Below the pieces are notes generated by a model. It worked only from the letters and a program-made list of their open reading frames with translations. It was not told the origin of the DNA and searched no databases. The position numbers and the translations under genes were made by a program. A stretch of 64,000 nucleotides of DNA from Patescibacteria group bacterium (GTDB taxonomy: Bacteria; Patescibacteriota; UBA1384; CAJBMM01): NCBI GenBank assembly GCA_041660565.1, contig JBAZWC010000002.1, positions 287,484-351,483 on the forward strand. Reading direction: 5' to 3'. This document shows positions 40,472-50,568 of this stretch, one piece after another. Every line of letters starts with the position of its first letter. Within the stretch, counting starts at the first letter, position 1.

Positions 40472-41041
40472 ATGAAAAGGGTTATCTTCAAATTTATTTC
40501 TACACTGATAATTTTAGGCCTCGCTGCGGCAGGGGGATATTATTACTATCAAACTTGGCGATACCCGCTAAAATATCAAGATGAGGTAAAGGCAGCGGCA
40601 ATACAGAATAATTTGCCCAAGAACTTTATCATGTCGGTAATTCGTGAAGAAAGCCGATTTAATCCAGATGCCAAATCTAACGCAGGGGCAGTAGGGCTGA
40701 TGCAAGTTTTGCCCACCAGTGCTAAATGGATGGCCACAAAACGGGGTAAAACATTAGATTTAAGCACGTTAAATGACCCAAAAGTGAATATTGATTATGG
40801 TTGTTGGTACTTAAGTTATCTACTAAAAACGTTTAACGGCAACTATACCACGACCATCGAGGCATACAACGCGGGGATGGCAAATGTAACAGAATGGGAG
40901 AAAGTGCAATCGGGTTACATTGCATTTCCAGAGACCGCAGAGTTTGTGAAAAGAGTGAAGCAATCGAACGAGATTTATGATAAGCTGTATGGAGAAAATT
41001 GGGATGCGAGTCGTTATGACATTACCCGCGTTCTAAGGTAG
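40472..41041 (+). CDS. Lytic transglycosylase (SLT domain)
   Basis: IREESRFNPDAKSNAGAVGLMQV, AYNAG, ETAEFV. Confidence 0.93.
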   Translation: MKRVIFKFISTLIILGLAAAGGYYYYQTWRYPLKYQDEVKAAAIQNNLPKNFIMSVIREESRFNPDAKSNAGAVGLMQVLPTSAKWMATKRGKTLDLSTLNDPKVNIDYGCWYLSYLLKTFNGNYTTTIEAYNAGMANVTEWEKVQSGYIAFPETAEFVKRVKQSNEIYDKLYGENWDASRYDITRVLR

Positions 41042-41050
41042 GAGACCAAT

Positions 41051-42799
41051 ATGATCACCAGAGAGCAATTGATCCAAAAATACAGAGAGTTTTTTGAATC
41101 CCATGGACACAAGTGGGTGGCTGGGGCTTCGCTTGTGCCAGAAAACGATCCGACAGTGCTATTTACTACCGCCGGGATGCATCCGTTGGTGCCATATTTA
41201 ATGGGCGAAAATCACGCCGAGGGTAAGCGCATTGCCAATGCGCAGAAATGTATTCGAACCGATGATATCGACGAAGTGGGCGATGCTACTCATCAAACCT
41301 TTTTTGAAATGCTTGGTAACTGGTCGTTTGGTGACTATTTTAAGTCAGAAGCTATCCAATGGAGCTACGAATTTTTGACTGATCCAAAATGGTTGGGGCT
41401 TGATGTGGCGAAATTAGCCGTGACGGTTTTCGCCGGAGATCAGGATGCACCATTTGACACTGAAGCATACGATTTATGGATCAAGACTGGGATTAAACCG
41501 CAGCGAATTGCCAAGTTGCCAAAATCTGATAACTGGTGGGGGCCGGCAGGGCAGGTGGGGCCGTGTGGACCGGATACCGAGATGTTTTATTGGACAGGTA
41601 GTGATAAGGCTCCGGCCGAGTTTGACCCGAAAGACACGCGTTGGGTGGAAATTTGGAATAACGTCTTTATGCAATACAACAAGACCGAGGACGGCAAATT
41701 CGTTCCTCTTAAACAGACTAATGTTGATACGGGTATGGGATTGGTGCGTACGCTGGCGGTTATTAACGGCCAAGCCGATAACTATCAAACCGAACTTTTT
41801 TGGCTAATTATTCAAAAAATCGAACAGATTTCGGGAAAAAAATATGCTGATCATTTAATCGAATTTAGAATTGTTGCCGATCATATTACCGCGGCCATTT
41901 TTGCCATCGCAGATGATGTATTGCCATCTAATAAAGGTGCCGGATACATCACTCGCCGTTTAATTCGTCGCGCAATTTCAAAAATGCATGCATTGGGAGT
42001 TAAGGGTGCTTGCGTATATCAGATTGGGCTAGAGGTTGTTCATTTATATCAGCAAGATTATTCAAAGCTAGCAGACAAATCGATTTTGGAAACGCTGGAA
42101 CAGGAAGAGAAAAAGTTTTTGGCCACTCTGGTTTTGGGTTTGAAGCAACTTGATTCGTGCAAAAATCCAGACGGCAAGTTTGCTTTTAATTTATTTCAAA
42201 CGTATGGTTTCCCGGTTGAAATGACGATGGAGCAAATGCGTCTGCAAAAAATCGGCTTCGATAAGGGTCAGTTATTGCGCGAGTTTGGCCAAGAAATGAC
42301 GGCGCACCAAGATTTATCCCGTACGGCATCGGCGGGGATGTTTAAGGGCGGGCTGGCTGATGCAAGTGAGATAACCACCAAATATCATACTGCTACGCAT
42401 TTGTTGCAAGCTGCGCTACGTCAGGTGCTAGGAACAGAAGTTTACCAGCGCGGATCTAACATTACTGCCGAAAGAATGCGGTTTGATTTCTCGTATCCGG
42501 ACAAAATGACTGACGATCAGATTGCTCAAGTCGAGCAACTAGTTAATGGTTGGATAAAAGATTCGCTAGTTGTTCAAATGGAAGAAATGTCTCCTGCTGA
42601 AGCAAAGCAAAGTGGTGCGTTAGGCATTTTTGATGATAAATATGGTTCTAAAGTGAAGGTTTATTCGGTGGGTAAGACTAGCCGCGAGATCTGCGGTGGT
42701 CCGCATGTATCTAATACCAAAGAATTAGGATTATTTAAGATAACTAAAGAAGAAGCTTCCTCCGCCGGGGTCAGGCGTATTAAAGCCACGCTGATATAA
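41051..42799 (+). CDS. alaS: Alanyl-tRNA synthetase (short form lacking C-Ala)
   Basis: LFTTAGM, FFEMLGNWSFGDYFK, DTGMG, HTATHLL, EICGGPHV. Confidence 0.98.
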   Translation: MITREQLIQKYREFFESHGHKWVAGASLVPENDPTVLFTTAGMHPLVPYLMGENHAEGKRIANAQKCIRTDDIDEVGDATHQTFFEMLGNWSFGDYFKSEAIQWSYEFLTDPKWLGLDVAKLAVTVFAGDQDAPFDTEAYDLWIKTGIKPQRIAKLPKSDNWWGPAGQVGPCGPDTEMFYWTGSDKAPAEFDPKDTRWVEIWNNVFMQYNKTEDGKFVPLKQTNVDTGMGLVRTLAVINGQADNYQTELFWLIIQKIEQISGKKYADHLIEFRIVADHITAAIFAIADDVLPSNKGAGYITRRLIRRAISKMHALGVKGACVYQIGLEVVHLYQQDYSKLADKSILETLEQEEKKFLATLVLGLKQLDSCKNPDGKFAFNLFQTYGFPVEMTMEQMRLQKIGFDKGQLLREFGQEMTAHQDLSRTASAGMFKGGLADASEITTKYHTATHLLQAALRQVLGTEVYQRGSNITAERMRFDFSYPDKMTDDQIAQVEQLVNGWIKDSLVVQMEEMSPAEAKQSGALGIFDDKYGSKVKVYSVGKTSREICGGPHVSNTKELGLFKITKEEASSAGVRRIKATLI

Positions 42800-42861
42800 A
42801 CATTTCAAATTGATATTGGTCGACTTTATGTAGTACAATGATATAAACGAGGGGATTGTTT

Positions 42862-44127
42862 ATGTTTGGTGTGGGTAAAAGCAAGAAAAAAAATCAGTAC
42901 GCCATATCGTTGGATATTGGCACTGAGTTTGTGAAGGCGCTTATTTTCCGCATTGAGGGTGAAAAAGGTTATGTGGTGGGAGTGGGGCGAGAACGCCAGC
43001 GTTTATCCGATATGCAGGGTGGAACTGTTACCGACATCGCCGGAGTAATCTCTAACTGTGAAAAAGCCTTAAAACAGGCAGCCGAACATGCCGGTGTTTT
43101 GCCTCGCCAGGTAATTATTGGAATCGCAGGCGAGCTGGTTAAAGGGTTAACCACGCATGTGCATTACGTTCGGCCAAATTCCAGGCAGAAAATTGGTTTG
43201 AATGAATTGCAGGAAATTGTGCATCAGGTTCAGTCAAAAGCGTTGGAACAGGCTAAAACCGCTTTGGCATGGGAAACAGGGCATAAAGAAATCGATGTGC
43301 GCTTGGTTAACTCTGCTGTGGTTGAAGTTAAAATTGATGGATATCGCGTTACAAATCCAATTGGTTTTTATGGTAAAGATGTTTCGGTGGGCGTTTTTAA
43401 CTCTTTTGCACCAATTGTGCACCTTGGCGCTTTGCAAACGATCGCCGAGGAGCTTGGCTTAGATTTGTTATCAATTGCGGCCGAGCCGTATGCTGTTTCG
43501 CGCTGTTTGGGGATGGAAGAGTCGGTTGATTTTTCAGCCATCTTCATCGATGTTGGTGGTGGCACAACCGATATTGCCGTGGTGCGCAACGGTGGTGTTG
43601 AAGGCACTAAGATGTTTGCCATTGGTGGCCGCAGTTTTACCAAGCGGGTGGCCAACACTTTGTCTCTGGGGTTTGTTGAGGCTGAGGAGATGAAAATTAA
43701 TTACGCAAATGGTCTGGTAGAAGGCGAGCAAAAACAAGCTTTAGCTAAAGCAATTAAGGCTGATGCAGAGGTGTGGTTGTCTGGGGTAGAGCTAACGCTT
43801 GAAGAGTTTGCTGCCAAATCCAAAACCGGTGATTCCGATCTGTTGCCGACTCGCATATTGCTCTGTGGTGGTGGTAGTATGTTACCCGAGATTTATCAAA
43901 CCTTAAAAGAGGCAAAGTGGAGTAAGAGTTTGCCATTTCCACACGCGCCAAAGGTGGAATATATTATGCCGAAAGATGTGGTGGCAATTGCAGACGAGAC
44001 CGGGGTATTAAAAGACCAACAAGATGTTACCCCAATGGGGTTAGCTAATTTGGCTATCGATTTTGCCGGGGTAGAGGGCGTAGTGGATAGCGTTTTGGAA
44101 AAAGTAACTTCGGGATTAAAATCATAA
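42862..44127 (+). CDS. FtsA-like actin-fold cell division protein
   Basis: LDIGTEFVKA, IDVGGGTTD, GG..FT, LCGGGS. Confidence 0.85.
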   Translation: MFGVGKSKKKNQYAISLDIGTEFVKALIFRIEGEKGYVVGVGRERQRLSDMQGGTVTDIAGVISNCEKALKQAAEHAGVLPRQVIIGIAGELVKGLTTHVHYVRPNSRQKIGLNELQEIVHQVQSKALEQAKTALAWETGHKEIDVRLVNSAVVEVKIDGYRVTNPIGFYGKDVSVGVFNSFAPIVHLGALQTIAEELGLDLLSIAAEPYAVSRCLGMEESVDFSAIFIDVGGGTTDIAVVRNGGVEGTKMFAIGGRSFTKRVANTLSLGFVEAEEMKINYANGLVEGEQKQALAKAIKADAEVWLSGVELTLEEFAAKSKTGDSDLLPTRILLCGGGSMLPEIYQTLKEAKWSKSLPFPHAPKVEYIMPKDVVAIADETGVLKDQQDVTPMGLANLAIDFAGVEGVVDSVLEKVTSGLKS

Positions 44128-44128
44128 T

Positions 44129-45886
44129 ATGGAACAGATTTTTCTAGCATTAGATGATGAAATTACCGGCGTTGTCGAAAAGATACAGCAAAGCGTATCC
44201 GATGACGTAGTATTAATTGTGCCGAAAGGTGCTACAATTTTGCAAAGTTTGGTCAATATTCGCTTGCTAATGAAGAAAGCAGACGAATTTGACAAAAAAG
44301 TCTCTGTGGTAACGTCGGATGCGATTGGAAAACAGTTATGTGCTCAAGCGGGGTTGAAGGTTTATCAATCAGTCCCCGATGGAAAACCAGTGGTAAAAGA
44401 TAAGATGCCCAAAACAGCAGTTGGGGATGATGTGGTTGTCGACTCAGATCAAAAAGTGGAATCGCATGATGGTGCCGTTAGGGTAACGCACTACAATGCA
44501 TCGGCCACCGAGGCATTAAAGAAAGCGGGCATAGAACCGGCTGAAAAAATCGATGAATCACCACCGGAGGCGTCGATCGAAGTAACAGAAGATTCGGAAA
44601 TATCCGATGAAGCAGAAATTGACATACCGGCAGAGCCCGAAGTTAAATCATCTGCATCATCTGATGTGATTATGGGTAAAGTAATCGAAGATGATGTTGA
44701 AGAGCATCCGCATAAAACTCGAATTAAGTTAACTCGAAAACCAGTATCTTTGCCGAAGTGGTTGTGGCGCGGTGTAGCACTGACATTGGTACTAGTGGTG
44801 TGCGCGGCTATAAGTTATGCCATTTTTATTCCTTCTACTAGTGTGGTGATAAATGTTCCGAGCGAAAGTGTTAAGAAAACCGCGTCGATCGTTGTTGATA
44901 CTTCAGCGTCGGGAATAAATCAAAATGTCATTCAAGGTTTGGCGCACCAGACAACAGCCGATAGTATTGGTACGGCTAAGGCAACAGGTAAAAAACAAGT
45001 TGGCGACAAGGCAACCGGTACGGTTACAATATCCAATGCCGATAGCACAGACGTCGTGACAATTGCCAAAAACACCGCCCTTACTTCTACTGATAGCAAA
45101 TTGGTATTTCGTACTCAAGTTGCAGTTTCGGTTCCCGGAGACACTGTAACCAAAGTAAACGGCAGATTTGTGGATAATCCGGGTAGAGCTGATGTAGCAG
45201 TAATCGCGGATCAGCCGGGAGACCAATACAATATCAAAGCAACTAGTTTTACGATTGCTGGTGTTTCATCATTAATTACCGGAGCCAGTGCAAAAGCGAT
45301 GTCTGGCGGAACCACAAAAGAGCTGACTATTGTAGCTGAGGCAGACATTACATCGGCCAAGAACGATGCTCAGTCAAAAATGTCAGATGCGGCATTAGCA
45401 GCTTTGCAAAAATCAATTCCATCTAGCGAAACGGCTTTCTATCAATCTGTTAGCGATGTAACTTATTCGGGGCAAGACCATCAGGTGGGTGATGAGGCAA
45501 GCACAGTTTCCATCACTGCCAGTGGTAAAGCAAACGGGGTTTCGTATCGTGGAGATGATATTGCAAGCGTGCTTAAGAGCCAGTTTGCCGATGATATTCC
45601 ACCAGCTAAAAACCTGGTTTTACCGGTAGTGGCGGATATTAAGTTTGACGTAAAATCAGATTCTAGCACCCGATTTACCTTGACCAAGGAAATTGAAGGA
45701 AAGTTAATTGCGAATATTAATACAACCGAAGTAAAAAATAAGTTACGTGGGCGAACAGTGAAGGGTTCGGCGGAGAATATTAAGAGTGCGTACAGCGCAG
45801 ATGCCGTTACAATTACCGCAAGCCCGTCTAAATGGCCACTAATTTCGATTCTCGCTAATCATATTAATGTGACTGTTGCGGAGTAG
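44129..45886 (+). CDS. Conserved CPR membrane protein (baseplate-J-like extracellular region)
   Basis: DDEITGVV..I, LIVPKGA..LQSLVNIRLL; TM helix; KATGTVTI, ADQPGDQYNI, GGT. Confidence 0.7.
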   Translation: MEQIFLALDDEITGVVEKIQQSVSDDVVLIVPKGATILQSLVNIRLLMKKADEFDKKVSVVTSDAIGKQLCAQAGLKVYQSVPDGKPVVKDKMPKTAVGDDVVVDSDQKVESHDGAVRVTHYNASATEALKKAGIEPAEKIDESPPEASIEVTEDSEISDEAEIDIPAEPEVKSSASSDVIMGKVIEDDVEEHPHKTRIKLTRKPVSLPKWLWRGVALTLVLVVCAAISYAIFIPSTSVVINVPSESVKKTASIVVDTSASGINQNVIQGLAHQTTADSIGTAKATGKKQVGDKATGTVTISNADSTDVVTIAKNTALTSTDSKLVFRTQVAVSVPGDTVTKVNGRFVDNPGRADVAVIADQPGDQYNIKATSFTIAGVSSLITGASAKAMSGGTTKELTIVAEADITSAKNDAQSKMSDAALAALQKSIPSSETAFYQSVSDVTYSGQDHQVGDEASTVSITASGKANGVSYRGDDIASVLKSQFADDIPPAKNLVLPVVADIKFDVKSDSSTRFTLTKEIEGKLIANINTTEVKNKLRGRTVKGSAENIKSAYSADAVTITASPSKWPLISILANHINVTVAE

Positions 45887-45888
45887 CC

Positions 45889-46293
45889 GTGATTTTAGCG
45901 ATTGATTTTGGCTTAGTGCGAATTGGTTTGGCAATGGGCGAGCAGATTGCATCGGAATATCGAACTATTTTGAATAATGATGGCGCAATATCTGAAATTC
46001 TAAAGATTATTGGTGATGAGCAAGTTGACACTGTGGTTATTGGTCGTCCGGTACGTAGCCGAGGCGAAAAAGGCAGTATCGATGAACACATCGATTTTTT
46101 TGTCCAAGCTATTAAATTAGCGGTGCCACATATTACAATTTGTGAATCAAATGAGGCGTTTACTACGTCTGCGGCGCTCTCAGATTTGAAGGAAAAAGGG
46201 TTGTCTATAGAAGCGAGTAAGAAAAGAGTAGATCAATACGCCGCCAAATTATTGTTGCAACAGTATATTGATGAACAAATGAAAAAGGCGTAA
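45889..46293 (+). CDS. ruvX: YqgF/RuvX pre-16S rRNA nuclease
   Basis: ILAIDFG..RIGLA, VIGRP, EAFTT, DQYAAKLLLQ. Confidence 0.9.
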   Translation: MILAIDFGLVRIGLAMGEQIASEYRTILNNDGAISEILKIIGDEQVDTVVIGRPVRSRGEKGSIDEHIDFFVQAIKLAVPHITICESNEAFTTSAALSDLKEKGLSIEASKKRVDQYAAKLLLQQYIDEQMKKA

Positions 46294-46295
46294 GG

Positions 46296-47258
46296 ATGAA
46301 ACTTTGGGTTAAGATTAGTTTATTGATAATCGGAATTATTATCGCGATTGGTTTGTCGGGGTATCTTTGGTTTATTAATCAAATTAATGCCAAAACAACC
46401 GCTTCGGTTACTACATTCGAGATTACATCCGGAGAAAGCTCGGCAGATGTTATTAGTCGATTATACTCCAGCGGTATTATTAAGTCCGAAACGGTGGCGC
46501 TGATTTATCAAAAAATATATCGCCCTAAGTTGTTGGCGGGTACGTTTTCGATCCCTCAAACTTATTCCGTTAAATCTTTATTTAATGTTCTTGGCTCTCC
46601 GGAGTTAGAGCAGAAGAAGTTGACTGTTAAAGAAGGATGGGCCAAGGAGCAAATTGCCGATAAGATTACGGAATTCGGGCTGTCTTCATTTACATTTCTG
46701 AATTTGGCAAAAAATTCAGAAGGTAAATTGTTCCCCGACACTTATTTTATTGGTAAGAAAACGACCGAAGAAAGCCTGGTTACGGCGATGACCGATCAGT
46801 ACAGCAAAGAAACGGCCAGTTTGAATGTGACAAAAAATCAACTTATTTTGGCATCAATTGTCGAACGAGAAGCGTTGAACGATGCGGATAGAGGCATTAT
46901 TGCCGGGATTTACTCAAATCGATTGAAAATTAATATGTCAATGGGCGCGGACCCAACGGTGCAATACGCTAAAAATATCGATCTTGGATTAGCGCCGGTT
47001 AAGGATGGGATAACGCAGTGGTGGGCGCCAATTACGGCGGCGGATTATAAATCGGCCAACTCATTGTATAACACTTACCTACATGTTGGGTTGCCTCCAG
47101 CGCCAATTTGCAATCCCGGGATCGCCAGTATTAATGCAGCCCAAAATCCAACACCGTCGGACGACTATTATTTCTACTACGATGCAAAAAGTGTTTTAAT
47201 TACCGCTAAAACACTTGCCGAACGAAACGCGCTGCTTCGAACATATCCAATTCATTAG
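46296..47258 (+). CDS. mltG: Endolytic transglycosylase MltG
   Basis: EGKLFPDTY, LASIVERE, DPTVQY, YNTY..GLPPAPICNPG. Confidence 0.94.
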   Translation: MKLWVKISLLIIGIIIAIGLSGYLWFINQINAKTTASVTTFEITSGESSADVISRLYSSGIIKSETVALIYQKIYRPKLLAGTFSIPQTYSVKSLFNVLGSPELEQKKLTVKEGWAKEQIADKITEFGLSSFTFLNLAKNSEGKLFPDTYFIGKKTTEESLVTAMTDQYSKETASLNVTKNQLILASIVEREALNDADRGIIAGIYSNRLKINMSMGADPTVQYAKNIDLGLAPVKDGITQWWAPITAADYKSANSLYNTYLHVGLPPAPICNPGIASINAAQNPTPSDDYYFYYDAKSVLITAKTLAERNALLRTYPIH

Positions 47259-47403
47259 GTGATTAGCTGATTAGGCTCCGCCCGTAGGGCTACTCCTCTC
47301 CGAGCCGTAGGCTCTACGAGCTGGAGGCCGGAGGGTGATTAGGGGTTCCATAGGGGCGATACCTCGTTTCACTTCGGAAACCGAAGGTTAACACGAATCG
47401 CCC
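47257..47403. repeat. Composite repeat: family C containing family D, plus an interrupted REP
   Basis: ggctccgcccgtagggctac[cctctccgagccgtaggctctacgagctggagg]ccggaggg; then taggggcgat...atcgccc. Confidence 0.75.
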
Positions 47404-47487
47404 GTTTCGGCGTAGTTGAAGATTATCTATCGAAGTAATATATTGATGTTGTCAGTCTGAATGACTCGTATCTCAGGGGAGAAGCGC

Positions 47488-47691
47488 ATGGAAGGGAATC
47501 GTGGCCTCGCGTCGTTGGAGGATCTGGTACGGTCTATCGGCACTGATCCAATCGATCCAATGTTCGCCACGTCGAGCGACAAGGAACGATTCGATGGGTC
47601 TTTGCGGACGGTGCTGGAACCGCTCTGGGCAGAGGACGACGTTGCTCGCGCCAAGTCGGTCGAATCTGGCCGAAGTTACATCGTATATTGA
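47488..47691 (+). CDS. Small hypothetical protein, paralog 1 (GC-rich islet 6)
   Basis: GGGGAG SD; aligns without gaps to the next ORF over its C-terminal 44 aa. Confidence 0.7.
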   Translation: MEGNRGLASLEDLVRSIGTDPIDPMFATSSDKERFDGSLRTVLEPLWAEDDVARAKSVESGRSYIVY

Positions 47692-47715
47692 GCTACTGTC
47701 ACGGAGGTTTGTGAG

Positions 47716-47922
47716 ATGTATGACGAGGAGCTGACCCCGATAGAGAAGCTTGTCTTGTCTAACTCGGGTGGAGTGCCTGCTGCCCATCCCGTACTGGCAA
47801 CTCGGGCAGACATCGATGCGTTTGAGGGGAGAATGCGGATTGCAACAGAGCTGACTCTCAAGGCAGACCGAAGAGCCATGGATGAGTCATGGCAGGCTGC
47901 GCGCTTCAAGCTGATCGACTGA
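47716..47922 (+). CDS. Small hypothetical protein, paralog 2 (GC-rich islet 6)
   Basis: GGAGGT SD; similarity to the preceding ORF; terminator follows. Confidence 0.7.
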   Translation: MYDEELTPIEKLVLSNSGGVPAAHPVLATRADIDAFEGRMRIATELTLKADRRAMDESWQAARFKLID

Positions 47923-47934
47923 GTGTCGGGTGAT

Positions 47935-47972
47935 AGGCCGGGTGGATGTTCCACTCCGGCCTTTCTCTTTTT
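47935..47972 (+). terminator. Intrinsic terminator of islet 6
   Basis: aggccgggtgga/tccactccggcct followed by ttctcttttt. Confidence 0.8.
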
Positions 47973-48091
47973 AATATTTTGATTTTGAATTTATTCCGTG
48001 CTTGGTGCTTAGAATTTAGTGCTTATTCAACCCGGCGGGTTGAATTAATCTGTCAGATTGATATAATCAGCGCCAGACGGAGATTTTTATT

Positions 48092-49138
48092 GTGGTCAAA
48101 ATAATTGACACCCTATTCAACTTTTTTTCCCAAGATATTGGCATCGATTTAGGTACGGCCAACACCTTGGTTTATGTACGCGGAAAAGGAGTGGTTATTC
48201 AAGAGCCGTCGGTTGTAGCCATCAACGAGCGCACTAAAAAAGTATTAGCCATTGGTAACGAAGCCAAGCGGATGGTAGGGCGTACCCCGTCACATATTGT
48301 GGCTGTTCGTCCACTTGTAGATGGGGTAATCTCTGATTTCGAGGTGACCGAGGCCATGCTTCGCTATTTTATTGATAAAGTAACTCAAGACAAATTTAAA
48401 TTATTATCCAGACCTAGGGTGGTAATTGGTATCCCGTATGGTGTAACCGAAGTTGAGCGTCGCGCTGTTGAAGAAGGAGCGCTGAATGCCGGTGCGCGGC
48501 AAGTTTTCTTAATTGAAGAGCCGGTCTCGGCGGCTATTGGGGCGCGTTTGCCAATTCACGAACCATCGGGCAATATGATCGTTGATATTGGTGGCGGTAC
48601 TACTGAGGTGGCTGTATTAAGTTTGGGAGGGATTGTTGCGTCCAGATCGCTTCGAGTGGCCGGCGATGAGCTGAACCAAGACATCATCCAATACGCTCGT
48701 GATCAATTTAATATCTTATTGGGCGAAAAAACCGCCGAAGATGTTAAAATTAATATTGGTAGTGCCTTCCCCCTGAATGAAAAATTGCAGACGCCAATGC
48801 GCGGGCGTGATTTGGTTAGCGGATTGCCTAAAGAAATTATGGTAAACGATGAACAGATTCGCGAAGCGATGAAGAAATCGATTAAAATTATTGTTGATAG
48901 TATTCGGATGACTATGGAAGAAACTCCACCGGAGTTGCTGGCAGATATAATGGAGCGAGGAATTATTTTGGCTGGCGGGGGTGCAATGTTGCGCGGGCTG
49001 GATAAGTTGATCGCTCAGGAAACCAGAACCATTGTGCATATTGCTGACGATCCGTTGACATGCGTTGTGCGAGGAACAGGGGTGGTGCTTGAAGATTTGG
49101 ATAATCTACGGGAAGTACTGTTACCGACCGTTAGATAA
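48092..49138 (+). CDS. mreB: Rod shape-determining protein MreB
   Basis: IDLGTANT, VDIGGGTTE, LAGGGA. Confidence 0.98.
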   Translation: MVKIIDTLFNFFSQDIGIDLGTANTLVYVRGKGVVIQEPSVVAINERTKKVLAIGNEAKRMVGRTPSHIVAVRPLVDGVISDFEVTEAMLRYFIDKVTQDKFKLLSRPRVVIGIPYGVTEVERRAVEEGALNAGARQVFLIEEPVSAAIGARLPIHEPSGNMIVDIGGGTTEVAVLSLGGIVASRSLRVAGDELNQDIIQYARDQFNILLGEKTAEDVKINIGSAFPLNEKLQTPMRGRDLVSGLPKEIMVNDEQIREAMKKSIKIIVDSIRMTMEETPPELLADIMERGIILAGGGAMLRGLDKLIAQETRTIVHIADDPLTCVVRGTGVVLEDLDNLREVLLPTVR

Positions 49139-49149
49139 ACTGCTCGTAT

Positions 49150-49272
49150 TGTCATTTCGACTCCTCGACATTCGAGTCGAGGGTGGAGAAATCTCAAAAA
49201 AGACTGGAAGGGGTTTTATCTCAGATTTCTCCAACACAGTCGTGTTGACACACTCCTAGGGTCGAAATGACA
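49150..49272. repeat. Family B palindromic element
   Basis: tgtcatttcgac...gtcgaaatgaca between mreB and mreC. Confidence 0.9.
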
Positions 49273-49288
49273 GGCAAAAGGATTGTTT

Positions 49289-50074
49289 ATGTGGAAAAGA
49301 TTTCGGTCTCAAATTATTATTACGATAGTTTTGATTGTGCTATTATTTTTGCCAACCAGCTGGTCTAACTCGGTTCGATCTGGCATAAAAACTGTTATTA
49401 CTCCAATTGTAGAGCCAATTTATCAAAGCAGTACATACTTACGCAAAATCTCAATAACATTATCCGGATTATCCAGTTTGCCCGGACAAAACGATCAGCT
49501 TTCGGCCGAGGTATCTAGGCTGTTGGTTGAAAACGCGCGGTTGCAAGAAGTTGATCACAATAACACCGTGCTTAGAAACGAATTAAACATCAATCAAACT
49601 TCTGGTACTAGGAAACTGGTTGAGGCAAGAATTACATCGCGTAGTACTTATGTATTTCAAGATAAGATATCCATAGATGTTGGCAGTAATAACGGAATCA
49701 AAGTTGGCTTTCCGGTAACCAGTAGCGGTGCATTGGTTGGGCGGGTAACTGTGGTTAGTGGCAATCAATCCGAAGTGGAATTGGTTACCAGTAGCACTGC
49801 GGTAACACAGGCCCAACTGCAACAATCACGAATGACCGGTATTGTACGGGGCGGTTTAACGGGGTTAGTGTTAGAAAATATCCCGCAAGACACCAAGATT
49901 AACGAAGGCGAAGTAGTGCAGACGAGTGGGTTGGGCGGTTTCTTGCGCCCCGGCTTATTAATTGGCACCGTGTCCGAGGTTATCTCAAAAAAGAATAATG
50001 TATTTCAATCCGCGCTAATTTCCCCAACGGTCAGTATTAGTCGTTTAGACACGGTTTTTGTGGAATTGCCATGA
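49289..50074 (+). CDS. mreC: Rod shape-determining protein MreC
   Basis: TM + coiled coil; IDVGS..GI, GALVGRV, TSGLGG..PGLLIG. Confidence 0.92.
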   Translation: MWKRFRSQIIITIVLIVLLFLPTSWSNSVRSGIKTVITPIVEPIYQSSTYLRKISITLSGLSSLPGQNDQLSAEVSRLLVENARLQEVDHNNTVLRNELNINQTSGTRKLVEARITSRSTYVFQDKISIDVGSNNGIKVGFPVTSSGALVGRVTVVSGNQSEVELVTSSTAVTQAQLQQSRMTGIVRGGLTGLVLENIPQDTKINEGEVVQTSGLGGFLRPGLLIGTVSEVISKKNNVFQSALISPTVSISRLDTVFVELP

Positions 50075-50568
50075 AAAAAACCAGTCAAATTATCAGTTTT
50101 GGGTGGTGGTTGATTTTGGCGATATTCCAAGTTGGGGTGGTGGTTAACTGGCGAATAGATGGCATGGTGCCAAACATCATTACCATCGCGATTGTAGTTT
50201 TGGTGGTGCAGAAAAATCAAACCGTGCCGTGGATCAATATTTTGGGGGCAAGTGTGGTGCTAGACACTGTCAATAACATTAGAATTGGCGAATCGGCTTT
50301 TGCGTTAATTATGATTTTGTTGATGCTGGAACTGGTTAAAAGCCGGTTCGTTCGAGAAGGATCGGTCATCTTTGCTATGGTCGCTTTGTTCTTAACCTCA
50401 GCGATTTTTGATTTCATTATGACAATATTATCCGCCCCGTCATCAATTTCGCTTAGCCGGTTAATTGGTAACGGGGTGTACTCTTTAATTATTGGGATGC
50501 TTATAATTGGTTTGTTTACTTTAAGTCAGGATTGGTTTAAGGCCAAAAGTCAGATGAGGATTGAGTGA
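50071..50568 (+). CDS. mreD: Rod shape-determining protein MreD (putative)
   Basis: Hydrophobic, 165 aa, between mreC and the PBP2 gene. Confidence 0.75.
   Translation: MKKTSQIISFGWWLILAIFQVGVVVNWRIDGMVPNIITIAIVVLVVQKNQTVPWINILGASVVLDTVNNIRIGESAFALIMILLMLELVKSRFVREGSVIFAMVALFLTSAIFDFIMTILSAPSSISLSRLIGNGVYSLIIGMLIIGLFTLSQDWFKAKSQMRIE

Noticed and set aside
41051-42799. Truncated alaS pseudogene
   Set aside because: Catalytic and editing domains are intact; loss of C-Ala is a recognised short form in reduced genomes.
44129-45886. Prophage, suggested by the baseplate-J-like protein
   Set aside because: No integrase, terminase, capsid or tail genes; embedded in a housekeeping operon.
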